Below are positions 1 through 15,000 of a stretch of 64,000 bases of DNA, piece by piece. The notes under the pieces were generated by a model. That model ran no database searches. It had not been told where the DNA came from and was given only the letters and a program-made list of their open reading frames with translations. The position numbers and the translations under genes were made by a program. The DNA comes from Eledone cirrhosa (Eukaryota). The stretch lies in NCBI GenBank assembly GCA_964016885.1, contig OZ024740.1:25110001-25174000 (forward strand). Reading direction: 5' to 3'. Numbering within the stretch: position 1 is the stretch's first letter; every line of letters begins with the position of its first letter.

Positions 1-3000
1 TAGGGTATATGCTGTGTGTGTAGGGTGTATGTTGTGTGTGTGTAGGGTGTATGTTGTGTGTGTGTAGGGTGTATGGTGTGTGTGTAGGGTGTATGTTGTG
101 TGTGTAGGGTGCATGTTGTGTGTGTAGGGTGTGTTGTGTGTGTGTAGGCTGTATGTTGTGTGTGTAGGGTGTATGTTGTGTGTGTAGGGGATATGGTGTG
201 TGTGTAGGATGTAAGTTGTGCGTGTGTAGGGTGTTAGTTGTGTGTGTGTAGGGTGTATGTTGTGTGTGTGTAGGGTGTATGTTGTGTGTGTAGGGTGTAT
301 GTTGTGTGTGTGTTGGGTGTATGTTGTGTGTGTGTAGGGTGTTTATTGTGTGTGTAGGGTGTATGATGTGTGTGTGTATGGTGTATGTTGTGTGTGTGTA
401 GGGTGTATGTTGTGTGTGTAGGGTGTATGTTGTGTGTGTAGGGTGTATGTTGTGTGTGTAGGGTGTATGTTGTGTGTGTGTAGGGTGTATGTTGTGTGTG
501 TAGGGTGTATGTTGAGTGTGTGTAGGGTGTATGTTGTATGTGTAGGGTGTAAGTTGTGTGTGTAGGGTGTATGTTGTGTGTGTGTTGGGTGTATGTTGTG
601 TGTGTAGTGTGTATGTTATGTGTGTAGGGTGTATGTTGTGTGTGTAGGGTGTATGTTGAGTGTGTGTAGGGTGTATGTTGTGTGTGTAGGGTGTATGTTG
701 TGTGTGTGTTGGGTGTATGTTGTGTATGTAGAGTATATGTTGTGTGTGTAGGGTGTATGTTGTGTGTGTGTAGGGTGTATGCTGTGTGTGTGTAGGCTGT
801 ATGTTGTGTGTGTAGGGTATATGTTGTGTGTGTGTAGGTTGTATGTTGTGTGTTTAGGGTGTATGTTGTGTGTGTGTAGGGTGTATGTTGTGTGTGTAGG
901 GTGTATGTTGTGTGTGTGTAGGGTGCATGTTGTGTGTATGTAGGCTGTATGTTGTGAGTGTAGGGTATATGATGTGTGTGTGTAGGTTGTATGTTGTGTG
1001 TGTAGGGTGTATGTTGTGTGTGTAGGGTGTATTTTGTGTGTGTTTACAATGTATGTTGTGTGTGTGTAGGGTATACGTTGTGTGTGTGTAGGGCGTATGT
1101 TGTGTGTGTAGGGTATATGTTGTGTGTAGGGTGAATGTTGTGTGTGTGTAGGGTGTATGTTGTGTGTGTAGGATGTATGTTGTGTGTGTGTAGGGTGTAT
1201 GTTGTGTGCGTAGGGTGTATGTTGTGTGTGTGTAGGGTGTATGTTGTGTGTGTGTAGGGCGTATGTTGTGTGTGTAGGGTGTATGTTGTGTGTGTGTAGG
1301 GTGTATGTTGTGTGTGTAGGGTGTATGTTGTGTGTGTGTAGGGTGTATGTTACGTGTGTGTAGGGCGTATGTTTTGTGTGTAGGGCGTATGTTGTGTGTG
1401 TAGGGTGTATGTTGTGTGTGTGTAGGGTGTATGTTGTGTGTGTTGGGTGTATGTTGTGTGTGTGTAGGGTGTATGTTGTGTGTGTAGGGTGTATGTTGTG
1501 TGTGTGTAGGGTGCATGTTGTGTGTGTAGGGTGTATGTTGTGTGTGTGTAGGGTGTATGTTGTGTGTGTGTAGGGCGTATGTTGTGTGTGTAGGGCGTAT
1601 GTTGTGTGTGTAGGGTGTATGTTGTGTGTGTGTAGGGTGTATGTTGTGTGTGTAGGGTGTATGTTGTGTGTGTGTAGGGTGTATGATGTGTGTATGTAGG
1701 GTGTATGTTGTGTGTGTGTAGGGTAAATGTTGTGTGTGTGTAGAGTGTATGTTGTGTGTGTGTAAGGTGTATGTTGCGCTTGTCGGGTGTATGTTGTGTG
1801 TGTGTACTGTGTATGTTGTGTGTGTAGGGTGTATGTCGTGTGTGTGTAGGGTGTATGTTGTGTGTGTGTAATGTGTATGTTGTGTGTGTAGGATATATGT
1901 TGTGTCTGTAGTGTGTATGTTGTGTGTGTGTAGGTTGTATGTTGTATGTATGTAGGCTGTATGTTGTGTGTGTAGGGTTTATTATGTTGTGTGTGTAGGG
2001 TGTATGTTGTGTGTGTAGGATATATGTTGTGTGTGGTGGGTGTATGTTGTGTGTGTGTAGGGTGTATGTTGTGTGTGTAGGGTGTATGTTGTGTGTGTAG
2101 GGTGTATGTTGTGTTTGTGTAGGGTGTATGTTGTGTGTGTGTAGGGTGTATGTTGTGTGTGTGTAGGGTATATGTTGTGTCTGTGTAGGGTGTATGTTGT
2201 GTTTGTGTAGGGTGTATGTTGTGTTTGTGTAGGGTATATGTTGTGTGGTGTAGGGTGTATATTGTGTGTGTGTAGGGTGTATGTTGTGTGTGTGTAGGGT
2301 GTATGTCGTGTGTGTGTAGGATATATGTTGTGTGTGTAGTGTGTATGTCGTGTGTGTGTAGGTTGTATGTTGTATGTATGTAGGGTGTATGTTGTGTGTG
2401 TGTAGGGTGTATGTTGTGTGTATGTAGGCTGTATGTTGTGTGTGTAGGGTTTATGTTGTGTGTGTAGGGTGTATGTTGTGTGTGTAGGATATATGTTGTG
2501 TGTGGTGGGTGTATGTTGTGTGTGTGTAGGGTGTATGTTGTGTGTGTAGGGTGTATGTTGTGTGTGTAGGGTGTATGTTGTGTTTGTGTAGGGTGTATGT
2601 TGTGTGTGTGTAGGGTGTATGTTGTGTGTGTGTAGGGTATATGTTGTGTCTGTGTAGGGTGTATGTTGTGTTTGTGTAGGGTGTATGTTGTGTTTGTGTA
2701 GGGTATATGTTGTGTGGTGTAGGGTGTATATTGTGTGTGTGTAGGGTGTATGTTGTGTGTGTGTAGGGTGTATGTTGTGTGTGTAGGGTGTATGTTGTGT
2801 GTGTGTAGGGTGTATATTGTGTGTGTGTAGTGTGTATGTTGTGTTCGTGTAGGATATATGTTGTGTGTGTGTAGTGTGCATGTTGTGTGTGTGTGGGGTG
2901 TATGTTGTGTGTGTAGGGTGTATATTGTGTGTGTAAGGTGTATGTTGTGTTTGTGTAGGGTGTATGTTGTGTGTGTGTGGGGTGCATGTTGTGTGTGTAG

Positions 3001-6000
3001 GGCTTATGTTGTGTGTGTGTAGTGTGTATGTTGTGTTTGCATGGTGTATGTTGTGTGTGTGTAGGGTGTATGTTGTGTGTGTGTAGGGTGTATGTTGTGT
3101 GTGTAGGGTATATGCTGTGTGTGTAGGGTGTATGTTGTGTGTGTGTAGGGTGTATGTTGTGTGTGTGTAGGGTGTATGTTGTGTGTGTAGGGTGTATGTT
3201 GTGTGTGTAGGGTGCATGTTGTGTGTGTAGGGTGTATGTTGTGTTTGTGTAGGGTGTATGTTGTGTGTGTGTAGGGTGTATGTTGTGTGTGTGTAGGGTA
3301 TATGTTGTGTCTGTGTAGGGTGTATGTTGTGTTTGTGTAGGGTGTATGTTGTGTTTGTGTAGGGTATATGTTGTGTGGTGTAGGGTGTATATTGTGTGTG
3401 TGTAGGGTGTATGTTGTGTGTGTGTAGGGTGTATGTTGTGTGTGTAGGGTGTATGTTGTGTGTGTGTAGGGTGTATATTGTGTGTGTGTAGTGTGTATGT
3501 TGTGTTCGTGTAGGATATATGTTGTGTGTGTGTAGGGTGCATGTTGTGTGTGTGTGGGGTGTATGTTGTGTGTGTAGGGTGTATATTGTGTGTGTAAGGT
3601 GTATGTTGTGTTTGTGTAGGGTGTATGTTGTGTGTGTGTGGGGTGCATGTTGTGTGTGTAGGGCTTATGTTGTGTGTGTGTAGTGTGTATGTTGTGTTTG
3701 CATGGTGTATGTTGTGTGTGTGTAGGGTGTATGTTGTGTGTGTGTAGGGTGTATGTTGTGTGTGTAGGGTATATGCTGTGTGTGTAGGGTGTATGTTGTG
3801 TGTGTGTAGGGTGTATGTTGTGTGTGTGTAGGGTGTATGGTGTGTGTGTAGGGTGTATGTTGTGTGTGTAGGGTGCATGTTGTGTGTGTAGGGTGTGTTG
3901 TGTGTGTGTAGGCTGTATGTTGTGTGTGTAGGGTGTATGTTGTGTGTGTAGGGGATATGGTGTGTGTGTAGGGTGTAAGTTGTGCGTGTGTAGGGTGTTA
4001 GTTGTGTGTGTGTAGGGTGTATGTTGTGTGTGTGTAGGGTGTATTTTGTGTGTGTAGTGTGTATGTTGTGTGTGTGTTGGGTGTATGTTGTGTGTGTGTA
4101 GGGTGTTTATTGTGTGTGTAGGGTGTATGATGTGTGTGTGTATGGTGTATGTTGTGTGTGTGTAGGGTGTATGTTGTGTGTGTAGGGTGTATGTTGTGTG
4201 TGTAGGGTGTATGTTGTGTGTGTAGGGTGTATGTTGTGTGTGTGTAGGGTGTATGTTGTGTGTGTAGGGTGTATGTTGAGTGTGTGTAGGGTGTATGTTG
4301 TATGTGTAGGGTGTAAGTTGTGTGTGTAGGGTGTATGTTGTGTGTGTGTTGGGTGTATGTTGTGTGTGTAGTGTGTATGTTATGTGTGTAGGGTGTATGT
4401 TGTGTGTGTAGGGTGTATGTTGAGTGTGTGTAGGGTGTATGTTGTGTGTGTAGGGTGTATGTTGTGTGTGTGTTGGGTGTATGTTGTGTATGTAGAGTAT
4501 ATGTTGTGTGTGTAGGGTGTATGTTGTGTGTGTGTAGGGTGTATGCTGTGTGTGTGTAGGCTGTATGTTGTGTGTGTAGGGTATATGTTGTGTGTGTGTA
4601 GGTTGTATGTTGTGTGTTTAGGGTGTATGTTGTGTGTGTGTAGGGTGTATGTTGTGTGTGTAGGGTGTATGTTGTGTGTGTGTAGGGTGCATGTTGTGTG
4701 TATGTAGGCTGTATGTTGTGAGTGTAGGGTATATGTTGTGTGTGTGTAGGTTGTATGTTGTGTGTGTAGGGTGTATGTTGTGTGTGTAGGGTGTATTTTG
4801 TGTGTGTTTACAATGTATGTTGTGTGTGTGTAGGGTATACGTTGTGTGTGTGTAGGGCGTATGTTGTGTGTGTAGGGTATATGTTGTGTGTAGGGTGTAT
4901 GTTGTGTGTGTGTAGGGTGTATGTTGTGTGTGTAGGATGTATGTTGTGTGTGTGTAGGGTGTATGTTGTGTGCGTAGGGTGTATGTTGTGTGTGTGTAGG
5001 GTGTATGTTGTGTGTGTGTAGGGCGTATGTTGTGTGTGTAGGGTGTATGTTGTGTGTGTGTAGGGTGTATGTTGTGTGTGTAGGGTGTATGTTGTGTGTG
5101 TGTAGGGTGTATGTTACGTGTGTGTAGGGCGTATGTTTTGTGTGTAGGGCGTATGTTGTGTGTGTAGGGTGTATGTTGTGTGTGTGTAGGGTGTATGTTG
5201 TGTGTGTAGGGTGTATGTTGTGTGTGTGTAGGGTGTATGTTGTGTGTGTAGGGTGTATGTTGTGTGTGTGTAGGGTGCATGTTGTGTGTGTAGGGTGTAT
5301 GTTGTGTGTGTGTAGGGTGTATGTTGTGTGTGTGTAGGGCGTATGTTGTGTGTGTAGGGCGTATGTTGTGTGTGTAGGGTGTATGTTGTGTGTGTGTAGG
5401 GTGTATGTTGTGTGTGTAGGGTGTATGTTGTGTGTGTGTAGGGTGTATGATGTGTGTATGTAGGGTGTATGTTGTGTGTGTGTAGGGTAAATGTTGTGTG
5501 TGTGTAGAGTGTATGTTGTGTGTGTGTAAGGTGTATGTTGCGCTTGTCGGGTGTATGTTGTGTGTGTGTACTGTGTATGTTGTGTGTGTAGGGTGTATGT
5601 CGTGTGTGTGTAGGGTGTATGTTGTGTGTGTGTAATGTGTATGTTGTGTGTGTAGGATATATGTTGTGTGTGTAGTGTGTATGTTGTGTGTGTGTAGGTT
5701 GTATGTTGTATGTATGTAGGCTGTATGTTGTGTGTGTAGGGTTTATGTTGTGTGTGTAGGGTGTATGTTGTGTGTGTAGGATATATGTTGTGTGTGGTGG
5801 GTGTATGTTGTGTGTGTGTAGGGTGTATGTTGTGTGTGTAGGGTGTATGTTGTGTGTGTAGGGTGTATGTTGTGTTTGTGTAGGGTGTATGTTGTGTGTG
5901 TGTAGGGTGTATGTTGTGTGTGTGTAGGGTATATGTTGTGTCTGTGTAGGGTGTATGTTGTGTTTGTGTAGGGTGTATGTTGTGTTTGTGTAGGGTATAT

Positions 6001-9000
6001 GTTGTGTGGTGTAGGGTGTATATTGTGTGTGTGTAGGGTGTATGTTGTGTGTGTGTAGGGTGTATGTCGTGTGTGTGTAGGATATATGTTGTGTGTGTAG
6101 TGTGTATGTCGTGTGTGTGTAGGTTGTATGTTGTATGTATGTAGGGTGTATGTTGTGTGTGTGTAGGGTGTATGTTGTGTGTATGTAGGCTGTATGTTGT
6201 GTGTATAGGGTTTATGTTGTGTGTGTAGGGTGTATGTTGTGTGTGTAGGATATATGTTGTGTGTGGTGGGTGTATGTTGTGTGTGTGTAGGGTGTATGTT
6301 GTGTGTGTAGGGTGTATGTTGTGTGTGTAGGGTGTATGTTGTGTTTGTGTAGGGTGTATGTTGTGTGTGTGTAGGGTGTATGTTGTGTGTGTGTAGGGTA
6401 TATGTTGTGTCTGTGTAGGGTGTATGTTGTGTTTGTGTAGGGTGTATGTTGTGTTTGTGTAGGGTATATGTTGTGTGGTGTAGGGTGTATATTGTGTGTG
6501 TGTAGGGTGTATGTTGTGTGTGTGTAGGGTGTATGTTGTGTGTGTAGGGTGTATGTTGTGTGTGTGTAGGGTGTATATTGTGTGTGTGTAGTGTGTATGT
6601 TGTGTTCGTGTAGGATATATGTTGTGTGTGTGTAGTGTGCATGTTGTGTGTGTGTGGGGTGTATGTTGTGTGTGTAGGGTGTATATTGTGTGTGTAAGGT
6701 GTATGTTGTGTTTGTGTAGGGTGTATGTTGTGTGTGTGTGGGGACATGTTGTGTGTGTAGGGCTTATGTTGTGTGTGTGTAGTGTGTATGTTGTGTTTGC
6801 ATGGTGTATGTTGTGTGTGTGTAGGGTGTATGTTGTGTGTGTGTAGGGTGTATGTTGTGTGTGTAGGGTATATGCTGTGTGTGTAGGGTGTATGTTGTGT
6901 GTGTGTAGGGTGTATGTTGTGTGTGTGTAGGGTGTATGTTGTGTGTGTAGGGTGTATGTTGTGTGTGTAGGGTGCATGTTGTGTGTGTAGGGTGTGTTGT
7001 GTGTGTGTAGGCTGTATGTTGTGTGTGTAGGGTGTATGTTGTGTGTGTAGGGGATATGGTGTGTGTGTAGGGTGTAAGTTGTGCGTGTGTAGGGTGTTAG
7101 TTGTGTGTGTGTAGGGTGTATGTTGTGTGTGTAGGGTGTATGTTGTGTGTGTGTTGGGTGTATGTTGTGTGTGTGTAGGGTGGTTATTGTGTGTGTAGGG
7201 TGTATGATGTGTGTGTGTATGGTGTATGTTGTGTGTGTGTAGGGTGTATGTTGTGTGTGTAGGGTATGTTGTGTGTGTAGGGTGTATGTTGTGTGTGTAG
7301 GGTGTATGTTGTGTGTGTGTAGGGTGTATGTTGAGTGTGTGTAGGGTGTACGTTGTATGTGTAGGGTGTAAGTTGTGTGTGTAGGGTGTATGTTGTGTGT
7401 GTGTTGTGTGTATGTTGTGTGTGTAGTGTGTATGTTATGTGTGTAGGGTGTATGTTGTGTGTGTAGGGTGTATGTTGAGTGTGTGTAGGGTGTATGTTGT
7501 GTGTGTAGGGTGTATGTTGTGTGTGTGTTGGGTGTATGTTGTGTATGTAGAGTATATGTTGTGTGTGTAGGGTGTATGTTGTGTGTGTGTAGGGTGTATG
7601 TTGTGTGTGTGTAGGCTGTATGTTGTGTGTGTAGGGTATATGTTGTGTGTGTGTAGGTTGTATGTTGTGTGTTTAGGGTGTATGTTGTGTGTGTGTAGGG
7701 TGTATGTTGTGTGTGTAGGGTGTATGTTGTGTGTGTGTAGGGTGCATGTTGTGTGTGTGTAGGCTGTATGTTGTGAGTGTAGGGTATATGTTGTGTGTGT
7801 GTAGGTTGTATGTTGTGTGTGTAGGGTGTATGTTGTGTGTGTAGGGTGTATTTTGTGTGTGTTTACAATGTATGTTGTGTGTGTGTAGGGTATACGTTGT
7901 GTGTGTGTAGGGCGTATGTTGTGTGTGTAGGGTATATGTTGTGTGTAGGGTGTATGTTGTGTGTGTGTAGGGTGTATGTTGTGTGTGTAGGATGTATGTT
8001 GTGTGTGTGTAGGGTGTATGTTGTGTGCGTAGGGTGTATGTTGTGTGTGTGTAGGGTGTATGTTGTGTGTGTGTAGGGCGTATGTTGTGTGTGTAGGGTG
8101 TATGTTGTGTGTGTGTAGGGTGTATGTTGTGTGTGTAGGGTGTATGTTGTGTGTGTGTAGGGTGTATGTTACGTGTGTGTAGGGCGTATGTTTTGTGTGT
8201 AGGGCGTATGTTGTGTGTGTAGGGTGTATGTTGTGTGTGTGTAGGGTGTATGTTGTGTGTGTAGGGTGTATGTTGTGTGTGTGTAGGGTGTATGTTGTCT
8301 GTGTAGGGTGTATGTTGTGTGTGTGTAGGGTGCATGTTGTGTGTGTAGGGTGTATGTTGTGTGAGTGTAGGGTGTATGTTGTGTGTGTGTAGGGCGTATG
8401 TTGTGTGTGTAGGGCGTATGTTGTGTGTGTAGGGTGTATGTTGTGTGTGTGTAGGGTGTATGTTGTGTGTGTAGGGTGTATGTTGTGTGTGTGTAGGGTG
8501 TATGATGTGTGTATGTAGGGTGTATGTTGTGTGTGTGTAGGGTAAATGTTGTGTGTGTGTAGAGTGTATGTTGTGTGTGTGTAAGGTGTATGTTGCGCTT
8601 GTCGGGTGTATGTTGTGTGTGTGTACTGTGTATGTTGTGTGTGTAGGGTGTATGTCGTGTGTGTGTAGGGTGTATGTTGTGTGTGTGTAATGTGTATGTT
8701 GTGTGTGTAGGATATATGTTGTGTGTGTAGTGTGTATGTTGTGTGTGTGTAGGTTGTATGTTGTATGTATGTAGGCTCTATGTTGTGTGTGTAGGGTTTA
8801 TGTTGTGTGTGTAGGGTGTATGTTGTGTGTGTAGGATATATGTTGTGTGTGTAGGGTGTATGTTGTGTGTGTGTAGGGTGTATGTTGTGTGTGTAGGGTG
8901 TATGTTGTGTGTGTAGGGTGTATGTTGTGTTTGTGTAGGGTGTATGTTGTGTGTGTGTAGGGTGTATGTTGTGTGTGTGTAGGGTATATGTTGTGTGTGT

Positions 9001-12000
9001 GTAGGGTGTATGTTGTGTTTGTGTAGGGTGTATGTTGTGTTTGTGTAGGGTATATGTGGTGTGGTGTAGGGTGTATATTGTGTGTGTGTAGGGTGTATGT
9101 TGTGTGTGTGTAGGGTGTATGTTGTGTGTGTAGGGTGTATGTTGTGTGTGTGTAGGGTGTATGTTTTGTGTGTGTAGTGTGTATGTTGTGTTCGTGTAGG
9201 ATATATGTTGTGTGTGTGTAGGGTGTATATTGTGTGTGTGTGGGGTGTATGTTGTGTGTGTAGGGTGTATATTGTGTGTGTAAGGTGTATGTTGTGTTTG
9301 TGTAGGGTGTATGTTGCGTGTGTGTGGGGTGCATGTTGTGTGTGTAGGGCTTATGTTGTGTGTGTGTAGTGTGTATGTTGTGTTTGCATGGTGTATGTTG
9401 TGTGTGTGTAGGGTGTATGTTGTGTGTGTGTAGGGTGTATGTTGTGTGTGTAGGGTATATGCTGTGTGTGTAGGGTGTATGTTGTGTGTGTGTAGGGTGT
9501 ATGTTGTGTGTGTGTAGGGTGTATGTTGTGTGTGTAGGGTGTATGTTGTGTGTATGTTGGGTGTATGTTGTGTGTGTAGTGTGTATGTTATGTGTGTAGG
9601 GTATATGTTGTGTGTGTATGGTGTATGTTGAGTGTGTGTAGGGTGTATGTTGTGTGTGTAGGGTGTATGTTGTGTGTGTGTTGGGTGTATGTTGTGTATG
9701 TAGAGTATATGTTGTGTGTGTAGGGTGTATGTTGTGTGTGTGTAGGGTGTATGTTGTGTGAGTGTAGGGTGTATGTTGTGTGTGTAGGGTGTATGTTGTG
9801 TGTGTGTAGGGTGTATATTGTGTGTGTGTAGTGTGTATGTTGTGTTCGTGTAGGATATATGTTGTGTGTGTGTAGGGTGCATGTTGTGTGTGTGTGGGGT
9901 GTATGTTGTGTGTGTAGGGTGTATATTGTGTGTGTAAGGTGTATGTCGTGTTTGTGTAGGGTGTATGTTGTGTGTGTGTGGGGTGCATGTTGTGTGTGTA
10001 GGGCTTATGTTGTGTGTGTGTAGTGTGTATGTTGTGTTTGCATGGTGTATGTTGTGTGTGTGTAGGGTGTATGTTGTGTGTGTGTAGGGTGTATGTTGTG
10101 TGTGTAGGGTATATGCTGTGTGTGTAGGGTGTATGTTGTGTGTGTGTAGGGTGTATGTTGTGTGTGTGTAGGGTGTATGTTGTGTGTGTAGGGTGTATGT
10201 TGTGTGTGTAGGGTGCATGTTGTGTGTGTAGGGTGTGTTGTGTGTGTGTAGGCTGTATGTTGTGTGTGTAGGGTGTATGTTGTGTGTGTAGGGGATATGG
10301 TGTGTGTGTAGGGTGTAAGTAGTGCGTGTGTAGGGTGTTAGTTGTGTGTGTGTAGGGTGTATGTTGTGTGTGTGTAGGGTGTATGTTGTGTGTGTAGGGT
10401 GTATGTTGTGTGTGTGTTGGGTGTATGTTGTGTGTGTGTAGGGTGTTTATTGTGTGTGTAGGGTGTATGATGTGTGTGTGTATGGTGTATGTTGTGTGTG
10501 TGTAGGGAGTATGTTGTGTGTGTAGGGTGTATGTTGTGTGTGTAGGGTGTATGTTGTGTGTGTAGGGTGTATGTTGTGTGTGTGTAGGGTGTATGTTGTG
10601 TGTGTAGGGTGTATGTCGAGTGTGTGTAGGGTGTATGTTGTATGTGTAGGGTGTAAGTTGTGTGTGTAGGGTGTATGTTGTGTGTGTGTTGGGTGTATGT
10701 TGTGTGTGTAGTGTGTATGTTATGTGTGTAGGGTGTATGTTGTGTGTGTAGGGTGTATGTTGAATGTGTGTAGGGTGTATGTTGTGTGTGTAGGGTGTAT
10801 GTTGTGTGTGTGTTGGGTGTATGTTGTGTATGTAGAGTATATGTTGTGTGTGTAGGGTGTATGTTGTGTGTGTGTAGGGTGTATGTTGTGTGTGTGTAGG
10901 CTGTATGTTGTGTGTGTAGGGTATATGTTGTGTGTGTGTAGGTTGTATGTTGTGTGTTTAGGGTGTATGTTGTGTGTGTGTAGGGTGTATGTTGCGTGTG
11001 TAGGGTGTATGTTGTGTGTGTGTAGGGTGCATGTTGTGTGTGTGTAGGCTGTATGTTGTGAGTGTAGGGTATATGTTGTGTGTGTGTAGGTTGTATGTTG
11101 TGTGTGTAGGGTGTATGTTGTGTGTGTAGGGTGTATTTTGTGTGTGTGTAGGGTATATGTTGTGTGTGTGTAGGCCGTATGTTGTGTGTGTAGGGTATAT
11201 GTTGTGTGTAGGGTGTATGTTGTGTGTGTGTAGGGTGTATGTTGTGTGTGTAGGATGTATGTTGTGTGTGTGTAGGGTGTATGTTGTGTGCGTAGGGTGT
11301 ATGTTGTGTGTGTGTAGGGTGTATGTTGTGTGTGTGTAGGGCGTATGTTGTGTGTGTAGGGTGTATGTTGTGTGTGTGTAGGGTGTATGTTGTGTGTGTG
11401 TAGGGTGTATGTTGTGTGTGTAGGGTGTATGTTGTGTGTGTGTAGGGTGTATGTTGTGTGTGTAGGGTGTATGTTGTGTGTGTGTAGGGTGCATGTTGTG
11501 TGTGTAGGGTGTATGTTGTGTGTGTGTAGGGTGTATGTTGTGCGTGTGTAGGGCGTATGTTGTGTGTGTAGGGCGTATGTTGTGTGTGTAGGGTGTATGT
11601 TGTGTGTGTGTAGGGTGTATGTTGTGTGTGTAGGGTGTATGTTGTGTGTGTGTAGGGTGTATGATGTGTGTATGTAGGGTGTATGTTGTGTGTGTGTAGG
11701 GTAAATGTTGTGTGTGTGTAGAGTGTATGTTGTGTGTGTGTAGGGTGTATGTTGCGCTTGTCGGGTGTATGTTGTGTGTGTGTACTGTGTATGTTGTGTG
11801 TGTAGGATGTATGTCGTGTGTGTGTAGGGTGTATGTTGTGTGTGTGTAATGTGTATGTTGTGTGTGTAGGATATATGTTGTGTGTGTAGTGTGTATGTTG
11901 TGTGTGTGTAGGTTGTATGTTGTATGTATGTAGGGTGTATGTTGTGTGTGTGTAGGGTGTATGTTGTGTGTATGTAGGCTGTATGTTGTGTGTGTTGGGT

Positions 12001-15000
12001 TTATGTTGTGTGTGTAGGGTGTATGTTGTGTGTGTAGGATATATGTTGTGTGTGGTGGGTGTATGTTGTTTGTGTGTAGGGTGTATGTTGTGTGTGTAGG
12101 GTGTATGTCGTGTGTGTAGGGTGTATGTTGTGTTTGTGTAGGGTGTATGTTGTGTGTGTGTAGGGTGTATGTTGTGTGTGTGTAGGGTATATGTTGTGTG
12201 TGTGTAGGGTGTATGTTGTGTTTGTGTAGGGTGTATGTTGTGTTTGTGTAGGGTATATGTTGTGTGGTGTAGGGTGTATATTGTGTGTGTGTAGGGTGTA
12301 TGTTGTGTGTGTGTAGGGTGTATGTTGTGTGTGTAGGGTGTATGTTGTGTGTGTGTAGGGTGTATGTTGTGTGTGTGTAGTGTGTATGTTGTGTTCGTGT
12401 AGGATATATATTGTGTGTGTGTAGGGTGTATGTTGTGTGTGTGTGGGGTGTATGTTGTGTGTGTAGGGTGTATATTGTGTGTGTAAGGTGTATGTTGTGT
12501 TTGTGTAGGGTGTATGTTGCGTGTGTGTGGGGTGCATGTTGTGTGTGTAGGGCTTATGTTGTGTGTGTGTAGTGTGTATGTTGTGTTTGCATGGTGTATG
12601 TTGTGTGTGTGTAGGGTGTATGTTGTGTGTGTGTAGGGTATATGCTGTGTGTGTAGGGTGTATGTTGTGTGTGTGTAGGGTGTATGTTGTGTGTGTGTAG
12701 GGTGTATGTTGTGTGTGTAGGGTGTATGTTGTGTGTATGTTGGGTGTATGTTGTGTGTGTAGTGTGTATGTTATGTGTGTAGGGTATATGTTGTGTGTGT
12801 ATGGTGTATGTTGAGTGTGTGTAGGGTGTATGTTGTGTGTGTAGGGTGTATGTTGTGTGTGTGTTGGGTGTATGTTGTGTATGTAGAGTATATGTTGTGT
12901 GTGTAGGGTGTATGTTGTGTGTGTGTAGGGTGTATGTTGTGTGTGTGTAGGCTGTATGTTGTGTGTGTAGGGTGTATTTTGTGTGTGTTTACAGTGTATG
13001 TTGTGTGTGTGTAGGGTGTATGTTGTGTGTGTGTAGGCTGTATGTTGTGAGTGTAGGGTATATGTTGTGTGTGTGTAGGTTGTATGTTGTGTGTGTAGGG
13101 TGTATGTTGTGTGTGTAGGGTGTATTTTGTGTGTGTTTACAGTGTATGTTGTGTGTGTGTAGGGTATATGTTGTGTGTGTGTAGGGCGTATGTTGTGTGT
13201 GTAGTGTATATGTTGTGTGTAGGGGGTATGTTGTGTGTGTGTAGGGTGTATGTTGTGTGTGTAGGATGTATGTTGTGTGTGTGTAGGGTGTATGTTGTGT
13301 GTGTAGGGTGTATGTTGTGTGTGTGTAGGGTGTATGTTGTGTGTGTGTAGGGCGTATGTTGTGTGTGTAGGGTGTATGTTGTGTGTGTGTAGGGTGTATG
13401 TTACGTGTGTGTAGGGCGTATGTTTTGTGTGTAGGGCGTATGTTGTGTGTGTAGGGTGTATGTTGTGTGTGTGTAGGGTGTATGTTGTGTGTGTAGGGTG
13501 TATGTTGTGTGTGTGTAGGGTGTATGTTGTGTGTGTAGGGTGTAGGTTGTGTGTGTGTAGTGTGCATGTTGTGTGTGTAGGGTGTATGTTGTGTGTGTGT
13601 AGGGTGTATGTTGTGTGTGTGTAGGGCGTATGTTGTGTGTGTAGGGCGTATGTTGTGTGTGTAGGGTGTATGTTGTGTGTGTGTAGGGTGTATGTTGTGT
13701 GTGTAGGGTGTATGTTGTGTGTGTGTAGGGTGTATGTTGCGTGTGTAGGGTGTATGTTGTGTGTGTGTAGGGTGTATGTTGTGTGTGTAGGGTGTATGTT
13801 GTGTGTGTGGAGGGTGTATGTTGTGTGTGTGTAGGGCGTATGTTGTGTGTGTAGGGCGTATGTTGTGTGTGTAGGGTGTATGTTGTGTGTGTAGGGTGTA
13901 TGCTGTGTGTGTAGGGTGTATGTTGTGTGTGTGTAGGGTGTATGTTGTGTGTGTAGGGTGTATGTTGTGTGTTTAGGGTGTATGTTGTGTGTGTAGGGGC
14001 TATGTTGTGTGTGTAGGGTGTATGTCGTGTGTGTGTAGGGTGTATGTTGTGTGTGTAGGGTGTATGTTGTGTGTGTGTAGGGTTTATGTTGTGTGTGTAG
14101 GGTGTATGTTGTGTGTGTGTAGGGTGTATGTTGTGTGTGGTGTGTAGGGTGTACGTTGTGTGTGTAGGATATATGTTGTGTGTGTAGGGTGTATGTTGTG
14201 TGTGTGTAGGTGTATATTGTGTGTGTAGGGTGTATGTTGTGTGTGTAGGGTGTATGTTGTGTGTGTGTAGTGTGTATGTTGTGTGTGTAGGGTATATGTT
14301 GTGTGTGTGTAGGGTGTATGTTGTTTGTGTAGGGTGTATGTTGTGTGTGTAGGGTGTATATTGTGTGTGTGTAGGGTGTATGCTGTGTTTGTGTAGGGTA
14401 AATGTTGTGTGTGTGTAGGGTGTAAGTTGTGTGTGTGTACTGTGTATGTTGTGTGTGTGTAGAGGGTATGTCGTGTGTGTGTAGGGTGTATGTTGTATGT
14501 GTAGGGTGTATGTTGTGTGTGTGTAGGGTGTATGTCGTGTGTGTGTAGGGTGTATGTTGTGTGTGTGTAGGGTGTATGATGTGTTTATGTAGGGTGTATG
14601 TTGTGTGTGTGTAGGGTAAATGTTGTGTGTGTGTAGGGTGTATGTTGTGTGTGTGTAGGGTGTAAGATGTGTTTGTGTAGGGTGTATGTTGCGCTTGTCG
14701 GGTGTATGTTGTGTGTGTGTACTGTGTATGTTGTGTGTGTAGGGTGTATGTCATTTGTGTGTAGGGTGTATGTTGTGTGTGTGTAAGGTGTATGTTGTGT
14801 GTAGGGTGTATGTTGTGTGTGTGTAAGGTGTATGTTGTGTGTGTAGGATATATGTTGTGTGTGTAGCGTGCATGTTGTGTGTGTGTAGGTTGTATGTTGT
14901 ATGTATGTAGGGTGTATGTTGTGTGTGTGTAGGGTGTATGTTGTGTGTATGTAGGCTGTATGTTGTGTGTGTAGGGTTTATGTTGTGTGTGTAGGGTGTA